The notes beneath the pieces are model-generated. The model worked only from the letters and a program-made list of their open reading frames with translations. It had not been told where the DNA came from and did no database searches. A stretch of 63,774 nt of DNA, the filler included, from Pirum gemmata (lineage: Eukaryota), in NCBI GenBank assembly GCA_002812295.1. It is 19 parts of 19 records of this genome, joined end to end, with 100 filler letters (N's around TTAATTAATTAA, not from the genome) between each part and the next. Parts side by side here need not be neighbours in the genome. Positions count along the whole stretch, not along the records: positions 10,100 to 13,231 come from PDIN01003282.1; positions 13,332 to 16,518 come from PDIN01003283.1; positions 16,619 to 19,779 come from PDIN01003284.1; positions 19,880 to 23,042 come from PDIN01003285.1; positions 23,143 to 26,329 come from PDIN01003286.1; 14 more parts are not named here. The stretch is one strand, 5' to 3'. Below are positions 13,183 to 26,329 of the stretch, piece by piece (the stretch's first letter is position 1; each line of letters begins with the position of its first letter). The position numbers and the translations under genes were made by a program.

Positions 13183-13231
13183 GGGAGTGTTCAAATAATA
13201 CGTCACGTCAAGGGGTAGGTAGGTAGGTGGT
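13183..13231 (-). mobile_element. MITE family F end, truncated at scaffold end
   Basis: GGGAGTGTTCAAATAATACGTCACGTCAAGGGGTAGGTAGG is the reverse complement of the 3' end of 35721-35849. Confidence 0.8.
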
Positions 13232-13333
13232 NNNNNNNNNNNNNNNNNNNNNNNNNNNNNNNNNNNNNNNNNNNNTTAATTAATTAANNNNNNNNNNNNN
13301 NNNNNNNNNNNNNNNNNNNNNNNNNNNNNNNAT

Positions 13334-13351
13334 AATAATAATAAAAATAAC

Positions 13352-13387
<36 letters not shown>

Positions 13388-13396
13388 AATAATAAC

Positions 13397-13440
<44 letters not shown>

Positions 13441-15643
13441 GAATAACAATAATAAAAATAATAATAACTATAATAATAATAATAATAATAACAATAATAA
13501 TAATAATAAAAATAATAGTAACGATCAAGAAAATAATAATAGTAATGATAACGAAAATAATAACGACAATAATAACAATAATAATAGCAACGACAACACT
13601 AATAATAATGCTTACCACAATGATAGTAATAACAATAACAATCACAATGAAAATAATACCGATGACAATGACGACGACAATACGAATGCCCACGACCACG
13701 ACAAACTCGACGACTGCCAAAACGAACCCGACCACGGGATTATCGACGAACATGAAGACCACGACACCGACAACGACAACAAAGCCAACACCCAAGCCAA
13801 CACACACAGCAAACACAACCAACACATAGCACAAACACTGCATAATACACCAAAACACTTCAAACGAGCCATCCAAAACCTACACATCGACACCAACGCA
13901 GCACAACACATACAACCAGGCACACACAGAACCACACGCACACGCACACGAACCACACCCTACGACCCCAGCCCACAGGCACACATAGCAAACACAAATA
14001 CACACCACACGTACCACGACATCAACGCACACTACGCAAACGATAACAACGCCCTACTCACAAACACCGAAGCCATGAACTCGCCAGACAAGATGCAATA
14101 TATACAATCCACCATCACCGAACTCACAGCATGCATCAACACAGGAAAATTCCACGTAAAACCCAAACAACAGCTACCACTGAACCAAATAATATACAAC
14201 ACCACTTACCGCCACAAACACAAAGACGACGGGAGATATAAGACCCGACTAAACGTACGAGGCGACCAACACAACGACGGCACCAAACATTACTCACCGG
14301 TAATAGGCAAAGACGCCATACGGACAGCCATGGCTCACCACACATACACCGACGACAACACGACGACACAACACGACATGCAATGCGCCTTCCTCAACAC
14401 GGACCTACCACAACCCAAATACATCCACATCCCACAACACATGCACCGGGTCATGCACTTACTACCACCGCTGGAGCAAGCCTACCTGCGGCGACACTAC
14501 GACAAAACCAACACCTACCAAGCGGTCATTGAGATAGGAATCGCGTTATACGGGCTACCAGAATCAGCAATGCTGCACTACCGCGACATCAAGGCCTTCA
14601 TGGAAGCGCACAACTACACAGAATCCCAAGTAGAACCATGCCTCTTCAGGGATAACAAAGGCAACACCCTACTCACATACGTCGATGACTACTACCACAG
14701 CGGGGCAGACAAGACAATAATCCAGCAGCTACAAAGCAGATATCCACTCAAGCATATGGGCACCCCAACAACGTACGTCGGGATCCAGATATCCCGCACG
14801 AAACATGACACGATACTTCACCAACAACGATACATTGAAAGGGCAATGCACAAACACAATATCCCCCACAAACGATATGACACACCACTACCAACGGCAC
14901 ACACGATGGATGCGATACAACCACCAACAACCAGACTAAACGAGGAAGAAACGACCTACTACTACAGCATATTGGGCACCATCCGTCATCTTGCCGACAC
15001 ATGCCGACCCGACGTCGCCTACTCAGCACACAAACTGGCGACACACAACACCAACCCCCATCACATACATCTCAAAATGGCCATCAGAGTACTACAGTAC
15101 CTACATACAACAAAGCAATGGGGACTGCGACATCAACCAGGGCAACAGAAAGACCAGGCAGAACCAACTCTACAACTATACACCGACTCATCACAGGCCG
15201 ACCTACAGGGAGCTAAAACCACACTGGGCTACATCATCCTCTACAGGGGCAACATAGTCGCATGGGGATCATACAAGAGCAAATCAACCCAGTACTCCAG
15301 CACAGAATCAGAATACGTGGCAGCATCCAACGGACTACGACACGCACAATACATACGCAACCTGATAACACACCTGGCCCAAGCACCGGACGACCCGATC
15401 GCAATATACATTGACAACGACAAGGCCAAACTGGCCGCCGACAGCAGCGCATCACTGCGCAACGTACGCCACATCGCAATCGCATACCACAGCATCCGCG
15501 ATGACGTATCGAACAACCGGGCGAAAGTATTCAAAATCAAGGGAAGCGACAACATCAGCGACATACTCACGAAGCCCCTACCAAAGGCACAACACTGGAA
15601 ACTAATGCAAATAATGATGAACCGTAACGGCGATTTATGTTGA
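13334..15643 (+). CDS. Ty1/copia pol, 5'-truncated: poly-Asn linker + reverse transcriptase + RNase H
   Basis: Frame is open from the scaffold start. RT motifs: RYKTRLNVRG, HDMQCAFLN, LYGLPESA, EPCLF, LLTYVDD. RNase H motifs: YTDSS, SSTESEYVA, IYIDN, NISDILTKPL. Confidence 0.93.
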
Positions 15644-15914
15644 ACACAGCTACATACACAGCGCAACACCGCAAGCGCACAACCGAAAAAAGCGCAGAGA
15701 AAAAAAAACAAAAAACAAAAACGCACGCTGTCTTGAAAGACAGAAAAAACTATATGTACAAAAAACTATGTAAACAAAAACGAAAAAAAGTCTCTTTAAT
15801 TTTTATCTTTTTTATTTTATAATTTTAAATATAAAATAACAACAACAAATAAATACAATTAAAAAGCTTAAAAACAATAATACAATTAATCACAAACACA
15901 CTCAAAACACAACA
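15638..15914 (+). mobile_element. Putative 3' LTR of the copia element (277 bp)
   Basis: Starts TGTTG overlapping the pol stop and ends CAACA (inverted 5-mers); contains TATAAAA and AATAAA; sharp composition switch at 15915. No 5' LTR is available for comparison. Confidence 0.65.
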
Positions 15915-16044
15915 GGGGTTGGGGGTTGGGGGTTGGGGGTTTAGGGTTTAGGGTTTAGGGTTGGGGGTTTAGGGTAAAGGGTTAGGGTAAAAAGTTAGGG
16001 TTAGTGTTAGGGTTGGGTATAGTTAACATTTAAGTTTAACATAC

Positions 16045-16261
16045 CTCCAAACTGAATATCACCATTCATAAAAGCATGGCTGGAAAAGATACCAGCTTGA
16101 ACGAGAGTGGATAGTAACGTAATACCAGCTAAAGCATGGAAATCCTTCCAATCTTGACAAAATTGAACTAAAACAAAACTTACAACAAATACAAACATTG
16201 CTGTTGTTCCATTACATTGTAAAAAATCCACTTGATACAATATAGCTTCAATGGACTGTAC
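16045..16261 (-). CDS. Internal exon of a multi-pass membrane protein, possibly an amino-acid permease (AAAP-like)
   Basis: TAG|GTA acceptor and GAG|GTATGT donor; open frame VQSIEAILY...FVFVVSFVLVQFCQDWKDFHALAGITLLSTLVQAGIF with two hydrophobic segments. Confidence 0.65.
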
Positions 16262-16771
16262 CTATCAATTTAGCAGTAATGATTAGTTCACAACAGTTTA
16301 GGTTAAGGTTAGCGTTAGTTTTAAAGTTAGGGTTAGTATATATTATTGTTAGGGTTAGGGTTAGGGTTAGGGATTAAGGGTTACGGTTAGGGTTAAGGGT
16401 TTAAATATCTAAATGAAAATTAATTATGTTTATTTATAAATTCAAACTTACTGCTAAGGTTAATGCATATGGGAGAAAGGCCAATTGATTTGCAATCTAT
16501 ATATATATATATATATATNNNNNNNNNNNNNNNNNNNNNNNNNNNNNNNNNNNNNNNNNNNNTTAATTAATTAANNNNNNNNNNNNNNNNNNNNNNNNNN
16601 NNNNNNNNNNNNNNNNNNAATAAATAAATAAATAAAATAAATAAATAAATAAATAACTAAAGCAATAAATAATAAAAAATAAATAAATAAAAGCAGTAAT
16701 AAAAAGAAATAAGTAAAAAATAAATACATGAATAATAATAAGAATAAAAATATATAAAAATCCCCATAATA

Positions 16772-19700
16772 TTAATCTCCTACCAGATAATTTCTAAATT
16801 GTTGAAACTTGTTGATTCTATCAAATGGTTTAGTTAAACCATCTGCCTTTTGATCTGCACTTGCTACCAATTTTAAATTGACATATTTCGTTTCCACATA
16901 ATGCTTAATAATGAAATATTTCCGATCAATGTGTTTAACCCGTTTGTTTGAACCATATTGTGCTATCATATTATAGCATTGTTCATTATCTGTGTAAATA
17001 TTGCGTTGGATTACATTTAATTGCAAATCTTCCAAATATACTCTGCTTCAGTAGGACTTCTTCAGTGCTACTATCCGCTGGTACATCTTGCCAAGACGAA
17101 TCACAATAAATACACACATTGTTCACATACAAAATAATACCCTGGCGACTTCTACCTTTGAGCCTATCATTTTGAAAACTACTATCTACCCAACAATCAA
17201 TCACAAATTCGTTACTATTATCATTACTAAGTGGTATGCGAATTCCATGATTCGGTGTAGATTTAAAATAACGCATTACCTTCTTTAACATTTTCCAATG
17301 TTTTACTGTAGGATTATGACTATGACTAGCTAAAATTGAATAAGCAAACTTCCCATCCGGTCTGGCATGATTTACCAGAAAACCCACATGACCCATGCCC
17401 GATTGAAATTTCTTAACATCATCAAAAGGTGTGTCATTCATAAATTCTTGTGGGTATTGACTAATTGGCACTTGTTCTTCATTGGCGTTAACTAATTCAA
17501 ATTGCTTGCTCTAACATTGCCTTGATTTTCCCAGGTTGTGATAACAAGATATCCCCATTATCAAATTTAGTGACTTTCACCCCACCTTAGGAAAATTCAT
17601 ATACTTAATACAAACTTGTCTTGCTAATTCTCTCTCAAATTCTTCTTTTACTTCCCTATTACGAAAAACAGCACAACCATCATCTACATGTGTTGAGACA
17701 TAACTATCTCTCGTATAAAAAATACATGGATTCACCAAACTTTTTTTATAACCCAAATTTAATAATACTTGCACCATAAAAGTAAAAAATAACAAAGCTG
17801 CCTGTTTACTACCATAGCAAGACTTGATCAATTTTAAGCATTCATCTTCATTCAACTCTACTCCAATTAACTGTAACAACGGAAATGGTCTCAAATATAT
17901 ATCCTTATCGATACCCGAATGGAAAAACGCCGATTTAACATCAAACGTATAAATTAGCCAATGCAGTTTTTGACCTATCACAAACATTAATTTCATTGCC
18001 TCCACTCCTACCACTGGAGAACTAACTGCATCATAGTGTATCCCCTCAGTTTGATAATTACCTAAGACTACCCCTCGTACTTTTCGTTCAATTGGTTGTC
18101 CATTACCATCATATTTAATATCACATATAAGATTAGTAGGGATTAATTTAACATTTCTCTGTCTTTTACAAATTGTAAAAACCGAAAAATCTACCAAGTT
18201 ACGCAATTCCTTCACCACTGCTGCTTCCCAAGCTATTCTATCTGGTACCTCTTTAATTTTCCGCCACGATTTGGGTTTGTGAAACGCCATGCAATTAATT
18301 TCTTCAACTACATTATTAACATGAAATCCATGATTGCTAGATTCCACATCACCATCGTCATCGTCATCACTATTGTGTAAATCATAAGAATAAATATCTC
18401 CTTTGTTATCTTGTGCAAAAACCCTATCATTTGGAATATTTGGATGTGGCATATTAAAACAGTCTACTAACCGTTTCACATCCAGAGGGAACTGGTCATT
18501 ATTCGCATCATTGTGTAGTACCTGATAATCCCTCGTAACAATTACTCTCTGAGTTTGTATTGAATATATATGATAACAATCACTAATATAATTATGAGCA
18601 GGATGTAATAGAATCCCCGCTCTCGTATTAAATTCAGCTTTGCCTATCGATTTAAAATAATAAATACATTTCGAACCCCATGGATGTTTAAAATTTGATA
18701 AATCTGGTTCAAATTCATGCCACGCAACAAATGGGCTCTTGATTTTCGTATTAGATTGCATATTAACCATATCATTCCCCGCTTCATAACTAAAACACCA
18801 AAACTTCCTGAATGATAAATTTGCATCTGCACATATTGCCTTCGCCTTCTCATGTTGTAACCCAATCCCCCTTTCAATTAAACCTGTATGTCCTTGTGTT
18901 CTTGGGGATTTATATTTAGTTGTAATATTTAATTGTCTATTTAATTCCTCATACTTTTGTGACATAAATTCCCCCCCAAAATCAGTTGCTACCTCTATTA
19001 TAGTCAAACCTTTCTCCAAATTTTTTGCATAAATTTCATATATTGCCAAAGGAACATCTGATTTTTTCTTCAGAACTTTAATAAAGTTTGTGGCTCTATC
19101 TTTTACCAGTAAAAAAAATCTCATTCCCCTAGTAGAAACAGGAAACGGCCCACATAAATCTGCTTGTAAATATTCACCCTTTTTTATTGCAAATTCTGGT
19201 TGTATACTTCTTCTTACTTTTCTCTTTTTCATCTTCGTCCAGATACAAATATTACATTTAACTTTGTTTAACTTCCAGTTCTTTGTTGTTTTTTCAGGTA
19301 ACGACCTCTTTAATTTCTTAACACTCATATAACCAAATAATCTATGATATCTATATATGTCTTCTAATACTTTTTGTGATACACCAATGTTGGTCCCATT
19401 GTCACTATCTTCATTATCATTATTTCCGTTATCTTCCGGACTACTCTGACTTTCTTCATTATCATTATGTCCGTGACTACTATCAACAGTTGGAATACCG
19501 CTCCCAACTATACTATTATTTAGATTACTATTATTATGTGATACACCAATGTTGGTCCTATTGTCACTATCTTGATTATCATTATTTCCGTTATCTTCCG
19601 GACTACTCTGACTAGCTTCATTATCATTATTTCCGTTATCTTCCGGACTACTCTGACTAGCTTCATTATCGTTACGTCCGTTATCTTCCGGACTACGCTG

Positions 19701-19779
19701 ACTACTATCAACAGTTGGAATACTGCTCCCAACCATATTATTATTGTGATTACTATTATTATTACTATTATTATTATTA
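16772..19779 (-). pseudogene. Degenerate Ty1/copia pol (pre-integrase Zn finger, integrase, RT, RNase H) with frameshifts
   Basis: YHRLFGY..CNICIWTK, LQADLCGP, ATDFGGEF, GLIERG, FDVKSAFFH, SCYGSKQA, STHVDDG; RNase H in other frames (WVDSS, IYTDN, KHIDRKY, QKADGLTKP). Breaks near 17577 and 17040. Confidence 0.9.
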
Positions 19780-19963
19780 NNNNNNNNNNNNNNNNNNNNN
19801 NNNNNNNNNNNNNNNNNNNNNNNTTAATTAATTAANNNNNNNNNNNNNNNNNNNNNNNNNNNNNNNNNNNNNNNNNNNNTAATAATAATAATAATAATAA
19901 TAATAATCGAAAACAACCATTTTGTTTTGATATCAAAATTTAACGAGAAGGAAAGAAATTTAC

Positions 19964-20970
19964 CAGGCAATCTCTAGAATTGAGCGAGAAAATAAACTTC
20001 TACCTATGCGCAGCCTTGTATACCTAAATATCAAGTAGGACACGTTTCAATAAAAAAAGATTACCAAGTGAGAAAAGCATTTTAAGAATAGATAATAAAT
20101 GTATATGGAATGATTGATATTACAAAGGTAAATTTTTACATAGTTTGTATTGAAACCTTGAGAAATTTCTCCTGTACACACGAGGAATAGCTATTCCAAG
20201 GTCAACAATTATGGATGCTAGACATTCAGACACGTCTTCTCTCCATTCTAGATAAGAAGAAGTTAATTGATCCACTTGATCCACTTGGCTGGTTAGATCT
20301 GTTTGCTTGCTATCCTCTACTTTTAGGGGGAAATGAGAAGTTTTAGGAATAAAATAACGAGAAATACGAGTAAAGTTAACAACACAAAAATATTATATGA
20401 GCCTTTGAAACGCAAAATTTAATAAGTATACCTCCACAATCTTCAAGTATTAGTGTTTCAAGTTTATCTTCAATTCTTGTCATTGACTCGTTAGTCCAAT
20501 TAAAAATACACATTGGCAAGTCCATCTATGAAAAGAAGAAAGAAATTATTACTTAGTGAAAAGCCAACCACAGGCGTACTTATTATTATATATTATATAA
20601 CAATAAAACAATAGACAGAAGAAGTGAAAAAATAAAATAACCAAACTTGATAATATCAAACGAAACAGGTAAACTTTAAGACAGAGTGAATTATTTAAAA
20701 TACAATCAAATAAATAGAAATACTTTTAAAATAGAATGCTAATATAAGCGGCTAGTAAAATTAGAAGAAAAAGAAAAAGAAACGTACGTCTTTCGAAAAT
20801 GGCTCGAGCCAAACATTTTCATACAAATTTTTCCACTGTCGTACTTTACTTTGCATCCGCGGAGACCAGTGCCATCTATAACGCTGAACTGAATTCTGAC
20901 TCCTAGAATTACTTCTAGAATTATTAGAGTTGCGCATGGAAGAAGTTGCACTTATTGATAAACGATGCAT
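19964..20970 (-). CDS. 5' part of an unknown spliced gene; exons 20970-20788, 20525-20432, 20316-20157, 20023-19964
   Basis: All introns GT-AG with compatible phases (0,1,2), giving an open frame MHRLSISATSS...WLEPFSKD-MDLPMCIFNW...LEDCG-EDSKQTD...VYRRNFSR-YTRLRIGRSLFSRSILEIA; family not recognised. Confidence 0.7.
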
Positions 20971-23208
20971 CAAATAAAATTAAAACGTTTTTCCACCAAA
21001 GCCCCTTTACTAGTTCACTGTTGGTTTAATAATTGTTAGCTATCTAGTTCCTAGTTCTTGGTGTGATAGATGATTTATTAATATATTAGCTATTACTTTT
21101 TATATTTTTATTTTTATTACTTTAGTTACTATTTTTATTATTATTATTTTTAACATGTTGGTTTTTTTTTATTTTTTTACTTTTTTTTAAAGTTTTTGAC
21201 AATTATGAGACATTATTTATATAACTAATTATACAAAAAAGATTTTTACACTATTTTTACCATTTTTACTACGTATTATATTTATTATAATTATTATCAT
21301 ATAAAATTATTTTATATAATTACACTGTTGTTAACTGTATTGTTATAGACTTTACTATTGGGCTAGTTCCTTTCTTCATTAACATTAATGAGTGCAGCGC
21401 GGACGTAACACCAAACAAGAGTAGGTAGGTAAAGAGTATGCATATATACTTCCAAAGCTAGCTAGCTAGCTTAGTAGCTACTAGCTAGCTAGAGCTAGCT
21501 ATCTAGTTCAAGACTCCATCCAAAGACCCTTTTGCTTCTTTTGCTTGTATGATAGAGTCTTTGGCACCCACTCTTTGTAGCTCTTTGCTGAGTTTGTTTT
21601 ACTACTACTAGCTAGTAGCTACCTAGCTAGCTAGGTAGCTAAATTGTCTAGCTAGCTAGTAGACCGGGGTCTAGCAGTAGGTATCATGATAGACACTAGC
21701 CTAGCTAGCTAGCTAGCTAGCTACTAGCTACTGGTATGCATAGCCCTACTTTGTAGCTAGCTAGAACCTCTAAATAGACTATCCTAATAGACTAACCCTA
21801 ACCCTAACCCTAACCCTAACCCTAACCCCTAACCCTAACCCTAACCCTAACCCTAACCCTAACCCCTAACCCTAACCCTAACCCCACTATATTATGATAC
21901 ACTCTATCATATGATAGCTACTATGATAGTAGCTAGCTAGCTATCATAGCTAGCTAGTAGCTAGAGAGAGTAGGAGTAGTATCATAGATATATGTCATAG
22001 CTGGTACAAGTCTGGTACAGTATCATAGTACAGAAGACTTGTACAGAAGAGTACAGAAGCCAGGTGCAGAAGCTATCTCTACTATCATACTAGTAGCTAG
22101 TAGCTAGCTAGCTATCATAGCTAGCTAGTAGCTAGAGAGTAGGAGTAGTAGTAGATAGCTGGTACAGTAGTACAGAAGAGTACAGAAGCCAGGTGCAGAA
22201 GCTATCTCTACTACTAGTAGCTAGCTAGCTAGCTAGAGGACCCAGCCTCAAAATTTCGGAGCCAAAAAATGACAGGAATCTCCTAAAAACCAAACAGTTT
22301 TCACTAGACAGTTTTCAACAAACCAAAGATGCCTAAAACCATCATGTAATTGCACAAGGAATCGACTACTGGTCCTAGCTAGCCACTGGTTGATAGATAT
22401 CATAAATGTATCTGATATATATAGCCCAAAATTTACTATATATATATAATATAACTTCTTTTTCTTAGACTATGATAGGTTAGTTTTCACTATGCATTCC
22501 GTGGAGCTATCACTTGGTTTTCTTGACTTAGTTTTCACTTTACACTCCTGGTGGACCAGTTTTCCACTACTAGTTTTCCTCTATTAGCTATCATAGTTTC
22601 CCTACTAGTAGCTACTAGTAGAGAGTCTAGAGACTCGAGAGTAGTTTGCTTCAGAATCTGCTTTATTTATTTATAATAATGTGAGGTTCTTGGATTATCA
22701 AAAAATGTCTCACAGAAAATGCAGAAAATGTCTAACTAAATAAATAAATAAATGGTGTTCTAACTTCTACATAGCTGGACTATAGCTGGCTAGAAGTGTT
22801 CTAACTAGACTTCTCTAGCTACTAGCTACTAGTATTGATATAGTATCATATTTTAAAAATTAAACTATGATATGATACTATTCAACCGATTTCCTAGCTA
22901 GCTTGAGCTACTCTACTAGTAGTAGTAGTAGTAGCTTTTGCAACGGTAACATTTTTTTATCATATTATATAGTTCCTTCAGGTTCTATAACTTTTATTTT
23001 TTCAAAACCATTTAATTATTTCAACTGATTTTGTTCTACGATNNNNNNNNNNNNNNNNNNNNNNNNNNNNNNNNNNNNNNNNNNNNTTAATTAATTAANN
23101 NNNNNNNNNNNNNNNNNNNNNNNNNNNNNNNNNNNNNNNNNNTTGGTTTTTTTTTTGGTTTGTTTTTTTTTTTTTTGTTTTTTTTTTTTTTTTTTTTGTT
23201 GGGTATTT

Positions 23209-23304
<96 letters not shown>

Positions 23305-24896
23305 TTTTTGTTTTTTTTTTTGGTTTTGGGTATGGTTATGGTTATGGTTCTGGTTTTGGTTTTGGTTTTGATTTTGGTTATTTTATTATATATACAATAT
23401 TAATCCATTTAGTTTAATTTTATCATCTCTTGATTCATTTGAAAAAATGTTAATTTAAAGGTTGTAACAATAAAACTGTTGTAACCCACCAAATAAACAT
23501 CCAGAGTGACAAAATAAATGAAAAATGGAGTATTATACTATATTATATCGTATTGAAATTCACTCCTAGCTAGTTTACTGGTAGTAGCTACTTACAGGTC
23601 TACCTGTGCTTTTTATTCGTTTTGTCAAATCTACACAATAAAAATACCAAATAATATATAATAATTTATATTATATAAATATAGTTGGTGTAAATTTTAA
23701 ATAATTTCTTATGGTTTATTTTTTATTTTTGAGTTTTAAAATAAATACGTTCATTTGTTTTAATTAATATATTATTAAAGTACCAAATAAATAATCAGGA
23801 AAATGAAAAGCAGGATAATATCGGCAAAAATACATTTTGGTTGTTATTTGGAAGAGTAACTGTTCTAGGATTTTTAGTCACCAAGCTTGTTATGTAATAT
23901 AATATAGCACTAGCTAGCTAGTAGGCCTGTTTGTAATAGGTTAGGGGCGGGGTTAGGGACTAGTTAAGGTTAGGTTAGAGTTGGGTTTAGGGTTTAGGAA
24001 TTAATTGTAAGGTTTAGGGGTTAGGGTTTAGGGTTATGCCTAGGGTTAGGGTTTAGGGTTTAGGGTTTAGGGTTTAGGGTTTAGGGTTTAGGGGTTAGGG
24101 GTTAGGGGTTATAACTAAGGAGCTCTAAGGGAGTCTTAGGGGTTAGGGATTAGGGTTAGGGATTAGGGTTAGGGATTAGGGTTAAGGATTAGGGTTAATG
24201 ATTAGGGTTTGGGTTTGGGATAAGGGTTGGAATTAGGAGTTAGGGTTAGAGTTAGGGTGAGGATCAAGGTTAGGGTGCTATGATAAAACTATCATAATTA
24301 TGCATTAAATTTTGTAATCGAATTTTCAGTCAAACCTCTTTGAAGTTTGAAACTTTGAGCATGTTGTTAACTATTTTAATATTATATATTATGATCAAAT
24401 ATGTGTTAATTAAAAACTCGCAGATATAATATTGTAGTCTCGTAGTTTTAGACCTCTAGCTAGGGCTCGTATAGTCGTAGCTCATATTTTCTTTTCAGCA
24501 CTCTTTCAGCTCTTTCAACCCTTTTTTTTTTATTTATTTATTTTATAAATTATTTATGACATTTATAAATTATATGCACAACAATAATTTTATTTTAAAT
24601 TAAAATAGAATTTGATAGTTTTTCAAACTGTATTTCGAGTACTTTGGCGTTGTTTTGATTTTAAGTTTATTACTTATTATAAATGATAACACAGACTTTG
24701 GTTAGTTTCAATCATAACTATTGGTTTAGTTGCTATACAAAACTAAGTTTCATAATGATATGATAGATTTGTAAGATTGGTAGATTATAGTCTATTTTCC
24801 AGGCCACACACCAAGACAGCCCTCAGACATAGAGTTGAGTGCTGTAGTGTACTGTTGAGTCAGAGACCTCCGAGAGAACAGGATTGTTAATTAAAT

Positions 24897-25365
24897 TCGA
24901 ACCCCCCCCTCCCCCCGACCCGATCCGACCATTTTGCTTCCCCGACCGACAAAAATTTTACCCCCGACCCGATCCCACCAATTTCCAGTAATAGTATTTC
25001 CTATAGTCTATATTTAGTATCTTAGCTGCCATAATTGGTGATATTCATTGGTTGTATACAAAAAAAAAAAAAAAGAGAAAAAGAAAATGAAAAATTTGAA
25101 CTCCTTGATAGATTATGCAGTGTGGGATTGCAGCAGTCAGCATTGAAAGTTTCAACTTTCAATATAATTTGAAACTTGAAGAACATAATATAGTACTATT
25201 TATGGATATCGTACTACTAAATAAAAAAATAAAACAAGTTTCTGATTAAAAGCCTCTACCCCGACCGATCCGATCCGAAGACCTGTGAAACCCGACCGAC
25301 TCTGAGTCCTCTCTGAGTTGTCCATTCGAAAATCCGAAATCCGTTTCGTGGGGGGGGGGGGTTGA
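24897..25365. repeat. CCGAC(C/T)-rich element resembling the subterminal region of the hAT element
   Basis: Clusters of CCGACC/CCGATCC at 24915-24978 and 25260-25300 resemble the reverse complement of 42380-42495 (e.g. ATCCGACCATTTT). Confidence 0.5.
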
Positions 25366-26203
25366 GCTAGCTAGAATCACCTAGCTACTAAGCTAGCTAG
25401 AGTCAAGACTAAGTCAAGACTCAAGAGTCAAGACACCATCATAGTGTTCTAATTGTTAGCCAATTGTATTTCATGGCCGTCTATTGCCGTCTATGATAGA
25501 CCAAATTTGGAAGCAAATTAATTTAAAATTCCAAAAAAAGTAATTTACTTAATAAAGTAATGGATTGTATACGGGTACAGACCGTACAGCGCCCCACAAA
25601 TGGTTCCAGGTTGCACAAGAGGTGGACAAGCACCCAAATTTCACAACACTGTAGATCTGCTTGCATAGTGCAGATAAAAACACAGGCTACACTGTAGCCT
25701 ACACACAGTTTTTAAAAAATAGCAGAGAGTAGATACAAACACAGCTAGTTATAGTTAGTAGTATAGAAACAGACAAACACAGCTAGTTATAGTTAGGAGT
25801 ATAGAAACAGACAAACACAGCAAACACAGGCTACACAGCCTGCAGACACGACACCAGATAAACAATAATATTATATAATTGAGAGTAGACAGCTTAGACC
25901 TATATATATATAGTAAAAAAACACTCTTTTTCGAAAGAGTGTTTTTTTACTATATATATATAACATTTTGTATTAATAGCAATATTTTCAATACCATTAC
26001 TAAACCATATTAAAACTACATGTAATTTTATTAATTTAATTAACATAATATAATTATTTTCTATAACAAAAAAGATTTAGAAAAAATAAATAAATAAATA
26101 AAATAAAATAATCGATTAACCCTAACCCTGACTCATCACGTTGTAACCACAAAGTGTTATCCAGAAGTGCTGTCGATATGATATAGTGTTATCATTATCG
26201 ATA

Positions 26204-26329
26204 GGGAGCGTTCTGATACTACGTAACGCCAACTTCCGGTCAAATACAGCTTCAAATACCCCTACCTACCTACCACTCGACGTTAATTTCCGATCAAATA
26301 CCACCTACCTACCTACCCCTTGACGTGAT
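26204..26329 (+). mobile_element. MITE family F copy, truncated at scaffold end
   Basis: GGGAGCGTTC...TACGTAACGCC start; internal CCCCTACCTACC repeats as in 35721-35849. Confidence 0.8.

Noticed and set aside
14136..15726. Antisense and alternate-frame ORFs over the copia pol, and over the 36453-37343 repeat exon
   Set aside because: Expected by-products of skewed or repetitive coding sequence
13334..19779. Two convergent copia elements as one composite locus
   Set aside because: They are separated by the linker at 16519-16618 and lie on different scaffolds
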